A DNA stretch of 64,000 bases from Accumulibacter sp. (GTDB taxonomy: Bacteria; Pseudomonadota; Gammaproteobacteria; Burkholderiales; Rhodocyclaceae): assembly GCA_016788495.1 (NCBI GenBank), contig JAEUOM010000030.1, positions 2,959 to 66,958 of the forward strand, given 5' to 3'. Numbering within the stretch: the first letter of the stretch is position 1; each line of letters begins with the position of its first letter. This document shows, piece by piece, positions 54,854-63,147 of this stretch. A program made the translations under genes and the position numbers. The notes beneath the pieces are model-generated. The model did no database searches. It saw only the letters and a list, made by a program, of their open reading frames with translations, and was not told where the DNA came from.

Positions 54854-55627
54854 TCAATCGGCGAGTTCAGCTTTCGCAGCCTCGACGTCGAGCCGCTCCA
54901 TGGCGTCCAGCGCTACGCAGGCTGCCGCTTCCTCGTACAGCCGCTCGGCCTCCTTCATCTTCGTCTTGCCGAACATCAGGAGCAGCGCGTTGGCGTATTC
55001 GATGCGGGTGATCGCCGAGTCGGGGTTGAGTTTCATCGCCGTCTCGAGGAGTTCCTTGCCCACGTCCTTCTTGACGCCATAGGTGATGCCACCGACCAAC
55101 GCCCCAACCTTGTCGATCACTTCGGGATGATAGGCACCCAGGGCAATATGCGCGTCGGCGTGCGCCGGCTGCAACGCCAGCGCCTGCGTCAGGCTGTGCT
55201 TGATCTTGCCACCCAGCCCCTGCGCCAATGCCTTGACGACCGAGATGCTCTGGCTGTAGCGACCGAGTGCGAAGGCATGCAGGTACCAGGCGTTGGCATC
55301 GTCCGGCGTCTTCTGCTGCTGCTCCTCGCAACGCTGCGCCACCTCGTTCAACAGGCTGAGCTTGCGCTCGTCATTGGTCTCGAGATAGCTGGCGTAGACC
55401 GTCGTCGCCTTGTTGGCAACGTTGTAGCCAGCGATGCCACAGGCCAGACCGGCAGCGACCGCCTGTTCGAAATCACCCGCATGATAACTCCGCCAGGCAT
55501 CCTGCAGCTTCGTGTCGGCGGGGAACGGTTCGCAGTCGCCGCGATGCAGGCGCGCCCAGTTCTTCTGCAACGTCGCGCCGGCATGACTGTACGCCTTGTC
55601 GGGATGGGGAAACTTGTTCCAGGCCAT
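54854..55627 (-). CDS. Conserved hypothetical TPR-like alpha-helical protein
   Basis: WARLHRGDCEPFP N-terminus, helix pairs ending in QP/NP turns (ALALQPAHADAHIALG, AMKLNPDSAITRIEYA); GAGGAG RBS. Confidence 0.8.
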   Translation of the reverse strand: MAWNKFPHPDKAYSHAGATLQKNWARLHRGDCEPFPADTKLQDAWRSYHAGDFEQAVAAGLACGIAGYNVANKATTVYASYLETNDERKLSLLNEVAQRCEEQQQKTPDDANAWYLHAFALGRYSQSISVVKALAQGLGGKIKHSLTQALALQPAHADAHIALGAYHPEVIDKVGALVGGITYGVKKDVGKELLETAMKLNPDSAITRIEYANALLLMFGKTKMKEAERLYEEAAACVALDAMERLDVEAAKAELAD

Positions 55628-55673
55628 GGGAGCCTCCTCGATAGGTTGGAAAAGCGTTGTCACCCGCGCCCGA

Positions 55674-56321
55674 TCAGGCCGCGAGGTACTCCTGCGAAAG
55701 CCGGTCGAGCAGGCCCTTCGATTCGCCGACCAGAAATGGTGACAGCATCGCCATCGCCTGATAGACACCGCGTCCGATACGACCGCTTTCGAGCTTGCCA
55801 CGTGGATCAATGGCGTACTCATAGGACAGCCAGTAGGTGGCAATCACCGTCATGTTCGTCGCCAGCGCCCGCAACTCGTCACTGCTGGCGCGCATGGCGC
55901 CCGCCAGCACCAAGCTCTCGCAGAGGGTCGTCGCCGTCCGCACCTTGTGCGCGAGGATCTGCCGGAAATGGATTTCCAGCAGGCGATTGCGTGTCAGCAG
56001 GTCGTTCAGGTCGCGGTAGAAGAAACGGTACTTCCAGATCTGTTCGAAAAGCAGGTGCAGGAACAACCAGATGTCTTCCACGTCGGCGGGTCGCCGGGTT
56101 GGCGCCGCGAGCGTGTCCTCGATCTCCCGCTCGAAGACGACAAAGATCGACTCCAGGATTTCGTCCTTGTTGTGAAAATGATAGTAGAGGTTGCCCGGGC
56201 TGATGTTCATCTCGTCGGCAATGACCGTCGTCGTCACGTTCGGCTCGCCAAAGTCGTTGAACAGGCGCAGGCTCGTTTCGATGATGCGCTCGCGCGTACG
56301 CCGCTTCGGTTTCCTGTCCAT
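55674..56321 (-). CDS. TetR/AcrR regulator, PhaD-like
   Basis: TRERIIETSLRLFNDFGEPNVTT, ISPGNLYYHF, YRFFYRDLNDLL; GGAGGG RBS. Confidence 0.9.
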   Translation of the reverse strand: MDRKPKRRTRERIIETSLRLFNDFGEPNVTTTVIADEMNISPGNLYYHFHNKDEILESIFVVFEREIEDTLAAPTRRPADVEDIWLFLHLLFEQIWKYRFFYRDLNDLLTRNRLLEIHFRQILAHKVRTATTLCESLVLAGAMRASSDELRALATNMTVIATYWLSYEYAIDPRGKLESGRIGRGVYQAMAMLSPFLVGESKGLLDRLSQEYLAA

Positions 56322-56432
56322 CAGCCCTCCGTCGTGAACGCTCGGCGGCGAGCAGAATAGCACTCCACGCGGCGCCGGGGAATCCTCGCCGGCATCAACG
56401 CGCACCTACGCCGCGACGACGCGGGCAGCTCA

Positions 56433-56575
56433 GAGGCTGTGAATAAATCTACTGCGCGACCGATCTGCTGCGTTGCTCAGTCGCTCACTCCTCGCCTATC
56501 CATCTGATATGTCTCGTCGTTCGCTCCATCGCGCCTTGCATCTCGGCCTGCTCGCGACGATTTCTTCACAACCTC
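56433..56575. mobile_element. MITE-like element A (143 bp)
   Basis: Terminal inverted repeats GAGGCTGTGAATAAATC / GATTTCTTCACAACCTC (15 of 17 match), flanked by TCA direct repeats at 56430-56432 and 56576-56578. Confidence 0.75.
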
Positions 56576-57793
56576 TCAGGCGTCCTGCGTCCGCAACCAG
56601 CGTTCGAGGTCCGCCAGCGAGGCGTCCAGTGCGCTCGCGCTCGTGGCCAGGTCTGGGCGGCGCTTGCGCGGCAGCAGCGAACGGCTGTGATCCTTGAGCA
56701 CACCGAGATTGAGCTCGATGCCGTGTCTGGCAAAGATCGGCCGCAACTCGTGCCGCCGCCGGTAAAGATCGCTGCGCGTCCGCTGATAGGCGTGCTCGCA
56801 GAGCCGGCTGCGCCCACGATAGCTGAAGACGTTGGTAAAGAACATGTCGGCGTCGTCGCGTGTCGGCTCGAACAGGACGACGTCCCGTCCCTTGAATTCG
56901 TGCCGATAGCGATCCATCCCGGTGCGCATCCGCGAATGGATGATGGCGCGGAAGGTCTGCGACAGGACCACCGGCAAACCGCCGTCGACCAGGTGCTCGG
57001 GGGCATGCGGCAGATTCTCGTGCAACGGTCGCTGTGCCGCCAGGCGCGAGTCGAACGGTACCAGCGGGTTGATGCAGATCAGCAGTTCTGCGCCCGCCTG
57101 CAGTGCCACCGAAGCGTGCAGGGTCTTGATCAGGGCGCCATCGACGAAAAAGCGGTCGCCGATGCGCACCGGTGGAAACAGCCCCGGCAGCGCGGCGCTC
57201 GCCTGGACGGCGACCGAAATCGGCACGTCAGCGTATGCGGGCGAGCCAAAGGCGACCGACTCTCCGGTGTCAAGGTCGGTCGCGACGATGAACAGGCGGT
57301 GCTTCAGTTGCCGGAAATCGTTCGTACGGCCACCGCTGGAAAAGAGCCGCCGGAGCAGCTGATCGATGCCGGCGCTGTTGAAGACCCCGGCCGGAATCGC
57401 GTGAGTCAGGCTCTGGAAGGCTTCGATCAGGCGCAGATGCCAGGGATCCGACAGGTACTGGCGGAGCGCGGACCAGAACAGGACCGGCACTGCCAAGGCA
57501 CGCCGCAAGTACTCGCCGAACGCCGGTCGCAGCAGCATCTCGGGGTCGAAGACCTCGTCCGTGTCGTTCTCGACCAGCATCCGCGCCAACTTGTCGGGCC
57601 CGAGCCCGTTGGCAACCGCGGCCGAGATGAAGGCTCCCGAACTGACACCGACGTAGATTCCGAAGGAAGTGAAGTCGACGCCGTCGAGCGCTTCCGCCAG
57701 AGCAGCCATGGCGCCGACCTCATAAATGCCCCCGACCGGCCCACCACCTGCAAGTGCCAAGCCGATCGTCGGATGCGTCGTCGCAGCATTCAT
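56576..57793 (-). CDS. Patatin-like phospholipase/esterase
   Basis: LALAGGG oxyanion motif, GVSSG nucleophile, VDGA catalytic Asp. Confidence 0.9.
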   Translation of the reverse strand: MNAATTHPTIGLALAGGGPVGGIYEVGAMAALAEALDGVDFTSFGIYVGVSSGAFISAAVANGLGPDKLARMLVENDTDEVFDPEMLLRPAFGEYLRRALAVPVLFWSALRQYLSDPWHLRLIEAFQSLTHAIPAGVFNSAGIDQLLRRLFSSGGRTNDFRQLKHRLFIVATDLDTGESVAFGSPAYADVPISVAVQASAALPGLFPPVRIGDRFFVDGALIKTLHASVALQAGAELLICINPLVPFDSRLAAQRPLHENLPHAPEHLVDGGLPVVLSQTFRAIIHSRMRTGMDRYRHEFKGRDVVLFEPTRDDADMFFTNVFSYRGRSRLCEHAYQRTRSDLYRRRHELRPIFARHGIELNLGVLKDHSRSLLPRKRRPDLATSASALDASLADLERWLRTQDA

Positions 57794-58006
57794 CAAGCCC
57801 GTCCTTTCACGTTGGGAAAGCTGCGGGTGGCAGCAACTCGCCGGCGAGTTCGTCGGTGACGCTGTCGTCTGCGCGCGAGCACAAACGGGCACCCCCCGCG
57901 ACGGCAGTCCGCGCGGCACACAGGCATCCTCGCCCACGAGGTGGCCTGCGCCCCCGGCAACGGAAGGACCGCTACTGCGGAGCCAGCTGGCCCCCCACGC
58001 AGCGGC

Positions 58007-58600
58007 TTACTCGCCTGCCTGGGGAAGCGTATTGAGCACGTCAGCCGGCGTCACCGGCGGCGCCGCCTTGACGGCAGCCGGCTTGGCAGCCGCACGCCGT
58101 GCTGCCGGCCGCGCGGTCGCCGGTTTGCTCGCAGGAGCCTTCTCCGCAGGCTCGGCGACCGCACCGGCGGCGTCTTGGGTCGCCGGCCTGGCGGCTCTCG
58201 CAGCCACTTTCGGCGGCGCCTTTCCTTCGGTCAGCGCCTGCACCGCTGCACTCAGCTCAACGACGCGCCGCGAGAGACGTTCGATGTCCTGCTTGCTGGG
58301 AACACCGAGGCTGCCCAACGCGCGCGCAACCCGGTCCTCGAAGACCTGCTCGAGCCGGTCCCAGGTACCAGCGGCCTTGCCGGCCACCTGCGCGATCCGC
58401 TCATCGGTCATCTTGCGCGTCCTCGACTGGATGCTCTCGCCTTCCTTGACCAGCGCTTCGAACACCTTGCCGCCTTCTTCCTGCGCCTTGGCAAAGGCGC
58501 CAAGCCCCGCCAGCCAGATCTGCTGCGCCGATTCCTTGACGGTCGACGCCAGTTGGTTCTCGCCCACGCCACCAGCCAGTTCCTTGAGTTTCTTGCCCAT
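58007..58600 (-). CDS. Phasin, PhaF/PhaI family
   Basis: SAQQIWLAGLGAF, FEALVKEGE, WDRLEQVFEDRVARALGSLGVPS, Ala/Lys/Pro-rich tail with AAKP; AAGGAG RBS. Confidence 0.92.
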   Translation of the reverse strand: MGKKLKELAGGVGENQLASTVKESAQQIWLAGLGAFAKAQEEGGKVFEALVKEGESIQSRTRKMTDERIAQVAGKAAGTWDRLEQVFEDRVARALGSLGVPSKQDIERLSRRVVELSAAVQALTEGKAPPKVAARAARPATQDAAGAVAEPAEKAPASKPATARPAARRAAAKPAAVKAAPPVTPADVLNTLPQAGE

Positions 58601-58664
58601 TTCAGTCTCCTTAAAGACGATAATCAAGAGGTCAACAAGTTTTTTGCTTGCCCTGAATGAACAG

Positions 58665-58683
58665 TCTAGTGACAATATCTAGA
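58665..58683. promoter_or_regulatory. Candidate operator TCTAG-N9-CTAGA in the phasin/reductase divergent promoter
   Basis: Inverted repeat built from two CTAG tetramers in an AT-rich intergenic region. Confidence 0.4.
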
Positions 58684-58777
58684 GGACGCACACTAAAGGC
58701 CTGCACAATGTCCTCCAGCCAGGGACGTTGGACAAGCGCGCAACATGACCACAGGCTACCAACATGGGGAGAATGGG

Positions 58778-60763
58778 ATGATCTACTTTGTCACCGGCGC
58801 CACCGGTTTCATCGGCAAGAGGCTGGTCGCCAAGCTGCTTGCGCGTCCTGGAGCCACCGTCTACTTCCTGACGCGCGCCGTCGAACAGCCGCGCTTGCAG
58901 GAATGGTACGACTATTGGGGCTGCGACGAGAGCCGGGCCATCCCGGTCGTCGGTGACCTGACACAAGCCGAGCTCGGCGTCGCCAAGGCCGAAGTGCGCA
59001 AGCTCAAGGGCCGGGTTGACCACTTCTTCCACCTCGCCGCGATCTACGATCTCAAGGCGAGCGCCGAAGAGCAGCAGCGAGCCAATGTCGACGGCACGCG
59101 CAACACCGTCAGGCTGGCCGAGGAACTCGAGGCCAGGCACTTTCACCTGGTCAGCTCGATTGCCTCCGCCGGCCTCTTCGAGGGACTCTTTCGCGAGGAC
59201 ATGTTCGAAGAAGCGGAGAACCTCGAGAATCCGTACTTCCGCACCAAGCATGATTCCGAGGGGATCGTGCGCCAGGAGTGCAAGATCCCGTGGCGCATCT
59301 TCCGGCCGGCCATCGTCGTCGGTGATTCGCGCACCGGCGAGATGGACAAGATCGACGGTCCCTACTACTTCTTCAAGCTGATCCAGAAGATGCGCCGGAT
59401 GTTTCCGTCGTGGATGCCGACGATCGGCATCGAAGGCGGGCGCATCAATGTCGTGCCGGTCGACTTCGTCGTCGCCGCGATGGATCACATTGCACACCTC
59501 GAAAACGAGGATGGCCAGTGCTTCCATCTCACCGACCCGACGCCGATGCGCGTCGGCGACCTGCTCAACACCTTCGCCCGTGCGGCCCATGCGCCGGAAA
59601 TGGCGATGCGCATCAATGCCGCGCTGCTCGGCTTCATCCCGCGCTCGATGCGCAAGGCGATGTTCGCCCTGACCCCGGTACGCCGCATCCGCACCGCGGT
59701 CATGAAGGATCTGGGGCTGCCCGACGACATTCTCGATTTCGTCAACTACCCGACGCGTTTCGACTGCCGCGAGACACAGCGCGCACTCAAGGGTAGCGGC
59801 ATAGCGGTTCCGCCGCTCGACAGCTACGCCTGGCGCCTGTGGGATTACTGGGAGCGCCATCTCGACCCCGACCTGTTCGTCGACCGGACGCTGCGCGGGC
59901 AGGTCGAAGGCAAGGTGGTGCTGGTCACCGGCGGCTCGTCTGGAATCGGCAAGGCGACGATCCGCAAGCTGGCCGAGGCGGGCGCGATTGCCGTTACCAT
60001 CGCCCGCGACGCGAAAGCGCTCGACGAGGTGCGCAAGGAGTTCGAGGATGCCGGGTTGCGCCTGATCACGCACGCGGTCGACGTCGCCGAGCCGCAGCAG
60101 TGCGAGGCATTCGTCAAGTTCATGAACGAGGAGCATGGCGGCATCGACATCCTGGTCAACAACGCCGGTCGCTCGATCCGCCGCGGAATCGAGAACTCCT
60201 TTGACCGCTTCCATGACTTCGAGCGGACGATGGAGGTCAACTACTTCGGTGCCTTGCGGCTCACCATGGGTTTCCTGCCAGCGATGATCGCCAAGCGCAA
60301 GGGCCACGTGATCAACATCTCGTCGATCGGCGTCCTCACCAACGCGCCCCGCTTCTCCGCCTACGTCGCCTCGAAGGCAGCGATGGACGCCTGGGCGCGC
60401 TGCGCGGCGTCGGAGTTTGCCGATCGCGGCATCGAGTTCACCACCATCAACATGCCGCTGGTGAAGACGCCGATGATCGCCCCGACCAAGCTCTACGACC
60501 AGGTGCCGACGCTGACCCCGGACGAAGCCGCCGACATGGTCGTCGAGGCGATCATCCACAAGCCGGTCCGCATTGCCACCCGACTGGGCATCTTCGGCGC
60601 CCTGCTGCACTCGCTGCTGCCGAAGGTGGCACAGGTCGTCATGAACACCAGCTTCCGCATGTTTCCCGATTCCAGCGCAGCCGCGCACAAGCCGAATGAG
60701 CCCGCGCCACAGACAGCGGATCAAGTCGCCTTCTCGCAGATCATGCGCGGTATCCATTTCTGA
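58778..60763 (+). CDS. Two-domain fatty acyl-CoA reductase (extended SDR + classical SDR, Marinobacter Maqu_2507 type)
   Basis: TGATGFIG, HLAAIYD, YFRTK, DYWERHLDPDLF, TGGSSGIG, NNAGRSIRR, DRFHDFERTM, YVASK, MPLVKTPMIAPT. Confidence 0.9.
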   Translation: MIYFVTGATGFIGKRLVAKLLARPGATVYFLTRAVEQPRLQEWYDYWGCDESRAIPVVGDLTQAELGVAKAEVRKLKGRVDHFFHLAAIYDLKASAEEQQRANVDGTRNTVRLAEELEARHFHLVSSIASAGLFEGLFREDMFEEAENLENPYFRTKHDSEGIVRQECKIPWRIFRPAIVVGDSRTGEMDKIDGPYYFFKLIQKMRRMFPSWMPTIGIEGGRINVVPVDFVVAAMDHIAHLENEDGQCFHLTDPTPMRVGDLLNTFARAAHAPEMAMRINAALLGFIPRSMRKAMFALTPVRRIRTAVMKDLGLPDDILDFVNYPTRFDCRETQRALKGSGIAVPPLDSYAWRLWDYWERHLDPDLFVDRTLRGQVEGKVVLVTGGSSGIGKATIRKLAEAGAIAVTIARDAKALDEVRKEFEDAGLRLITHAVDVAEPQQCEAFVKFMNEEHGGIDILVNNAGRSIRRGIENSFDRFHDFERTMEVNYFGALRLTMGFLPAMIAKRKGHVINISSIGVLTNAPRFSAYVASKAAMDAWARCAASEFADRGIEFTTINMPLVKTPMIAPTKLYDQVPTLTPDEAADMVVEAIIHKPVRIATRLGIFGALLHSLLPKVAQVVMNTSFRMFPDSSAAAHKPNEPAPQTADQVAFSQIMRGIHF

Positions 60764-60914
60764 ACGGCGGCGGGCTGAAATCGTCCTGGCGCAGCGCCGC
60801 CGGCATGGGCGAGACACCGGATGATCGACGCACAGCGCCGGCAGAGCGAACTGCCGGAGCGTGCCGCCACTGTCCTCGCAACTCCCCCACGCCCGTTCTG
60901 CGACACCGATCATC

Positions 60915-61334
60915 ATGACGAAAACGACGACGAGCAGCGGGCCGGAACACAACCCCCGCCAGCTCCTGAAGGAACTGCAGGACCGCTTCCCGGTATTCCG
61001 CGACTGCCAGCCACTGGCCATCGGCATCGACAAGCAACTGCTCACGCGTGTGCCGGGCCTCGATCGCAAGACTCTGCGCGTCGCCCTGGCGATGCACACG
61101 CACGCGCTGCGCTACCTGAAGACGATGACCCGAGCCACGGGCCGCTTCGATCTCGATGGACAGCCAAGCGGCGAGGTCACCGAGGCGCACCGCAGCCATG
61201 CCACAGAGATGGTGAAGGAACGGCTGCGCAAACAGGCGGAAGAGCGCAAGCTGCAACGGGAAGCGGAGGAGCAGGCACGGCGTACCAGCGAAAAACTCGG
61301 GCGCCTGGTCGACAAGTTCGGCCGCAAGCCTTAG
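60915..61334 (+). CDS. ProQ/FinO family RNA chaperone
   Basis: PLAIGIDKQL, YLKTM, RFDLDGQPSGEVT, C-terminal KLGRLVDKF. Confidence 0.88.
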   Translation: MTKTTTSSGPEHNPRQLLKELQDRFPVFRDCQPLAIGIDKQLLTRVPGLDRKTLRVALAMHTHALRYLKTMTRATGRFDLDGQPSGEVTEAHRSHATEMVKERLRKQAEERKLQREAEEQARRTSEKLGRLVDKFGRKP

Positions 61335-61435
61335 GCACGTCGTGGCGGCCACGCGGTCTCGCCGCAACGCCCCCCGGCGCCGGCGGCGCGAGGCGAGACG
61401 CGGCACCCTTCGGCACATCAGTGCGGCAGGAAATC

Positions 61436-61996
61436 ATGGATCACTTGCTCAAGGACAGTACGACGCTCGAGCTCTACGCCTGGCTTGACGACGATGCCGA
61501 GCTGCCTGGCTGGGACATCCTGGTCGGCAATCCGTTCGGCCGCTCTTTGCCGGAAGACCAGTTCACGACGGTGCAGAACTACTTCGCGGAGTACCATCTG
61601 GAATACTTCCGGCAACGGCTGTACCGGCAGTTCCCCAGCCGCCTGCACGCCGTACTGCTCTTCGCCACGCGCATCGACGCCGAGACCTTTCGCCACAAGC
61701 ACCCGGCGCGTGTGTTCGGCAAGGCACTGGTGCGCGCGCGCAGCAAGGGAGCCTACGTCTGCTCGTTCCACGACGCGAGCTGGCTCGACTACCTGCGGCT
61801 GCCACACAACCTCAGCCTCTCGGCTCTCGACGAGATCGCCAACCACTACTGGCGCGGGGCCTTGGTCGAAGAGATCGGACTGACCTTCCTCAACGAGCGC
61901 TGGCGCGAACCGCCGGTCATCGAAGCCCTGTTCCAGGGCACGCTTGAAGCCGTCACCGGCAGTCCGGAGAGTGGCTGGCTGCCGGGTTTTGCCTGA
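61436..61996 (+). CDS. Hypothetical protein, DUF2441-like (possible ADP-ribosyltransferase fold)
   Basis: LEYFRQRLYRQFPSRLHAVLLF, ANHYWRG, PPVIEALFQGTL pattern. Confidence 0.6.
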   Translation: MDHLLKDSTTLELYAWLDDDAELPGWDILVGNPFGRSLPEDQFTTVQNYFAEYHLEYFRQRLYRQFPSRLHAVLLFATRIDAETFRHKHPARVFGKALVRARSKGAYVCSFHDASWLDYLRLPHNLSLSALDEIANHYWRGALVEEIGLTFLNERWREPPVIEALFQGTLEAVTGSPESGWLPGFA

Positions 61997-62169
61997 AATT
62001 GCGCCAGACTGCGCCTAGCCGGACTCGACGGACAGCCATAGCCTCGCGTTGTTGCAACCGTGCATTTTTTCACGCTGCCACGACAGACAGACTGTAAGAT
62101 GCGTCGGTGCCATGAGCTCCCCCGTCAACCCGAACCCGCCGCGAGCACCCTTGCGCGCGATGCCCGCAT

Positions 62170-62665
62170 GAAAGAAACTCTTGACCACAGGGTCGATGCC
62201 TACGATCAGCACTGCGTGCCTGAGGCGGTCCTCACGCATGAGTGGCACCCGATTCGTGAGGACGAGACCCTCATCCTTGACGGCACCGCGCAGGTCGACT
62301 CGCTCACCAGCCCTGGCCAGCACCCAGGAAGAAGGGCCAATCGTGGTGTAGGAGAACATTGGCTACCCCGGCGCCACCGAGGATTTCTGCATTCCGGTGC
62401 TCGAGAGCGAGTCGATGAACGACGTGGTGATCATTTCCGAGACAATCGGCAGCGGCTCCTGCAGAAAGGCAACCGCATCAACGTGCTGGGCCTCACCTCC
62501 AAGGCGAATAGTGGCGATCTGGGCAACCGCAAGGTCATCGACATCATCCATGAACTCGGGAGCGACAGCGTGGACCTGTTGGTCCGCGACCCGCCGACCA
62601 AGGCCGACGAGGCGGTGCACGAGTACGGCGTGCGCCGGCTGCCATGGAACGAACTGGCGTGGACC
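62170..62665 (+). pseudogene. Eroded UDP-sugar dehydrogenase (TviB/WecC family) remnant
   Basis: GPIVV*ENIGYPGATEDFCIPVLES in one frame and INVLGLTSKANSGDLGNRKVIDIIHEL..RDP..DEAVHEYGV in another; stop at 62349, frameshift, middle domain missing. Confidence 0.75.
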
Positions 62666-62891
62666 GGCTTCCGGCCGTGGCGTGACGATGCGCACCGGCG
62701 TCCGCGGGTACGCATCGGTCGCCGAGGTGCTCGACGCGCTCGAGTCGTACGGGTCCGAGCTTCGCTGCTGCAGCCTGAAGCGGTTGTTCTTTCCTCTGGC
62801 GCACCCGCTGGTACGCTGGTGGAACGTCCGCTGGCCGGTGACGGAAATGCAGGGCCTATACCGGCGACGCCCGTGGAGGGGGTTGGAACGC

Positions 62892-63059
62892 CTAGCAGCC
62901 TGTCGGACTTGACCATGTCGGCTGCAAAAAGTGGGAAGACGGCTCATTTCTCCCCGTATTTCTGCACGAGTAGAACCACTATTCGCTTGAAATCCATGAA
63001 AAACTGCGCTCGTCTCCCATTTCTTTCGCTTCGACCCATCAAGTCCGACAGGCTGCTAG
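62892..63059. mobile_element. MITE-like element B (168 bp including flanking CTAG)
   Basis: Perfect 21-bp inverted repeat CTAGCAGCCTGTCGGACTTGA / TCAAGTCCGACAGGCTGCTAG; low-GC interior forming a long imperfect hairpin. Confidence 0.82.
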
Positions 63060-63147
63060 CGCTCCCGATCCCACGCTACCGCGAGATCGAGCTCGTGATG
63101 CGTCGGCGCGATGAGCCGCGGCTCGCCGCGACGACAGGAACGCGCGC

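Noticed and set aside
60821-61996. 391-aa ORF as one fused protein
   Set aside because: The N-terminal half overlaps proQ in another frame; the real start is likely ATG 61436
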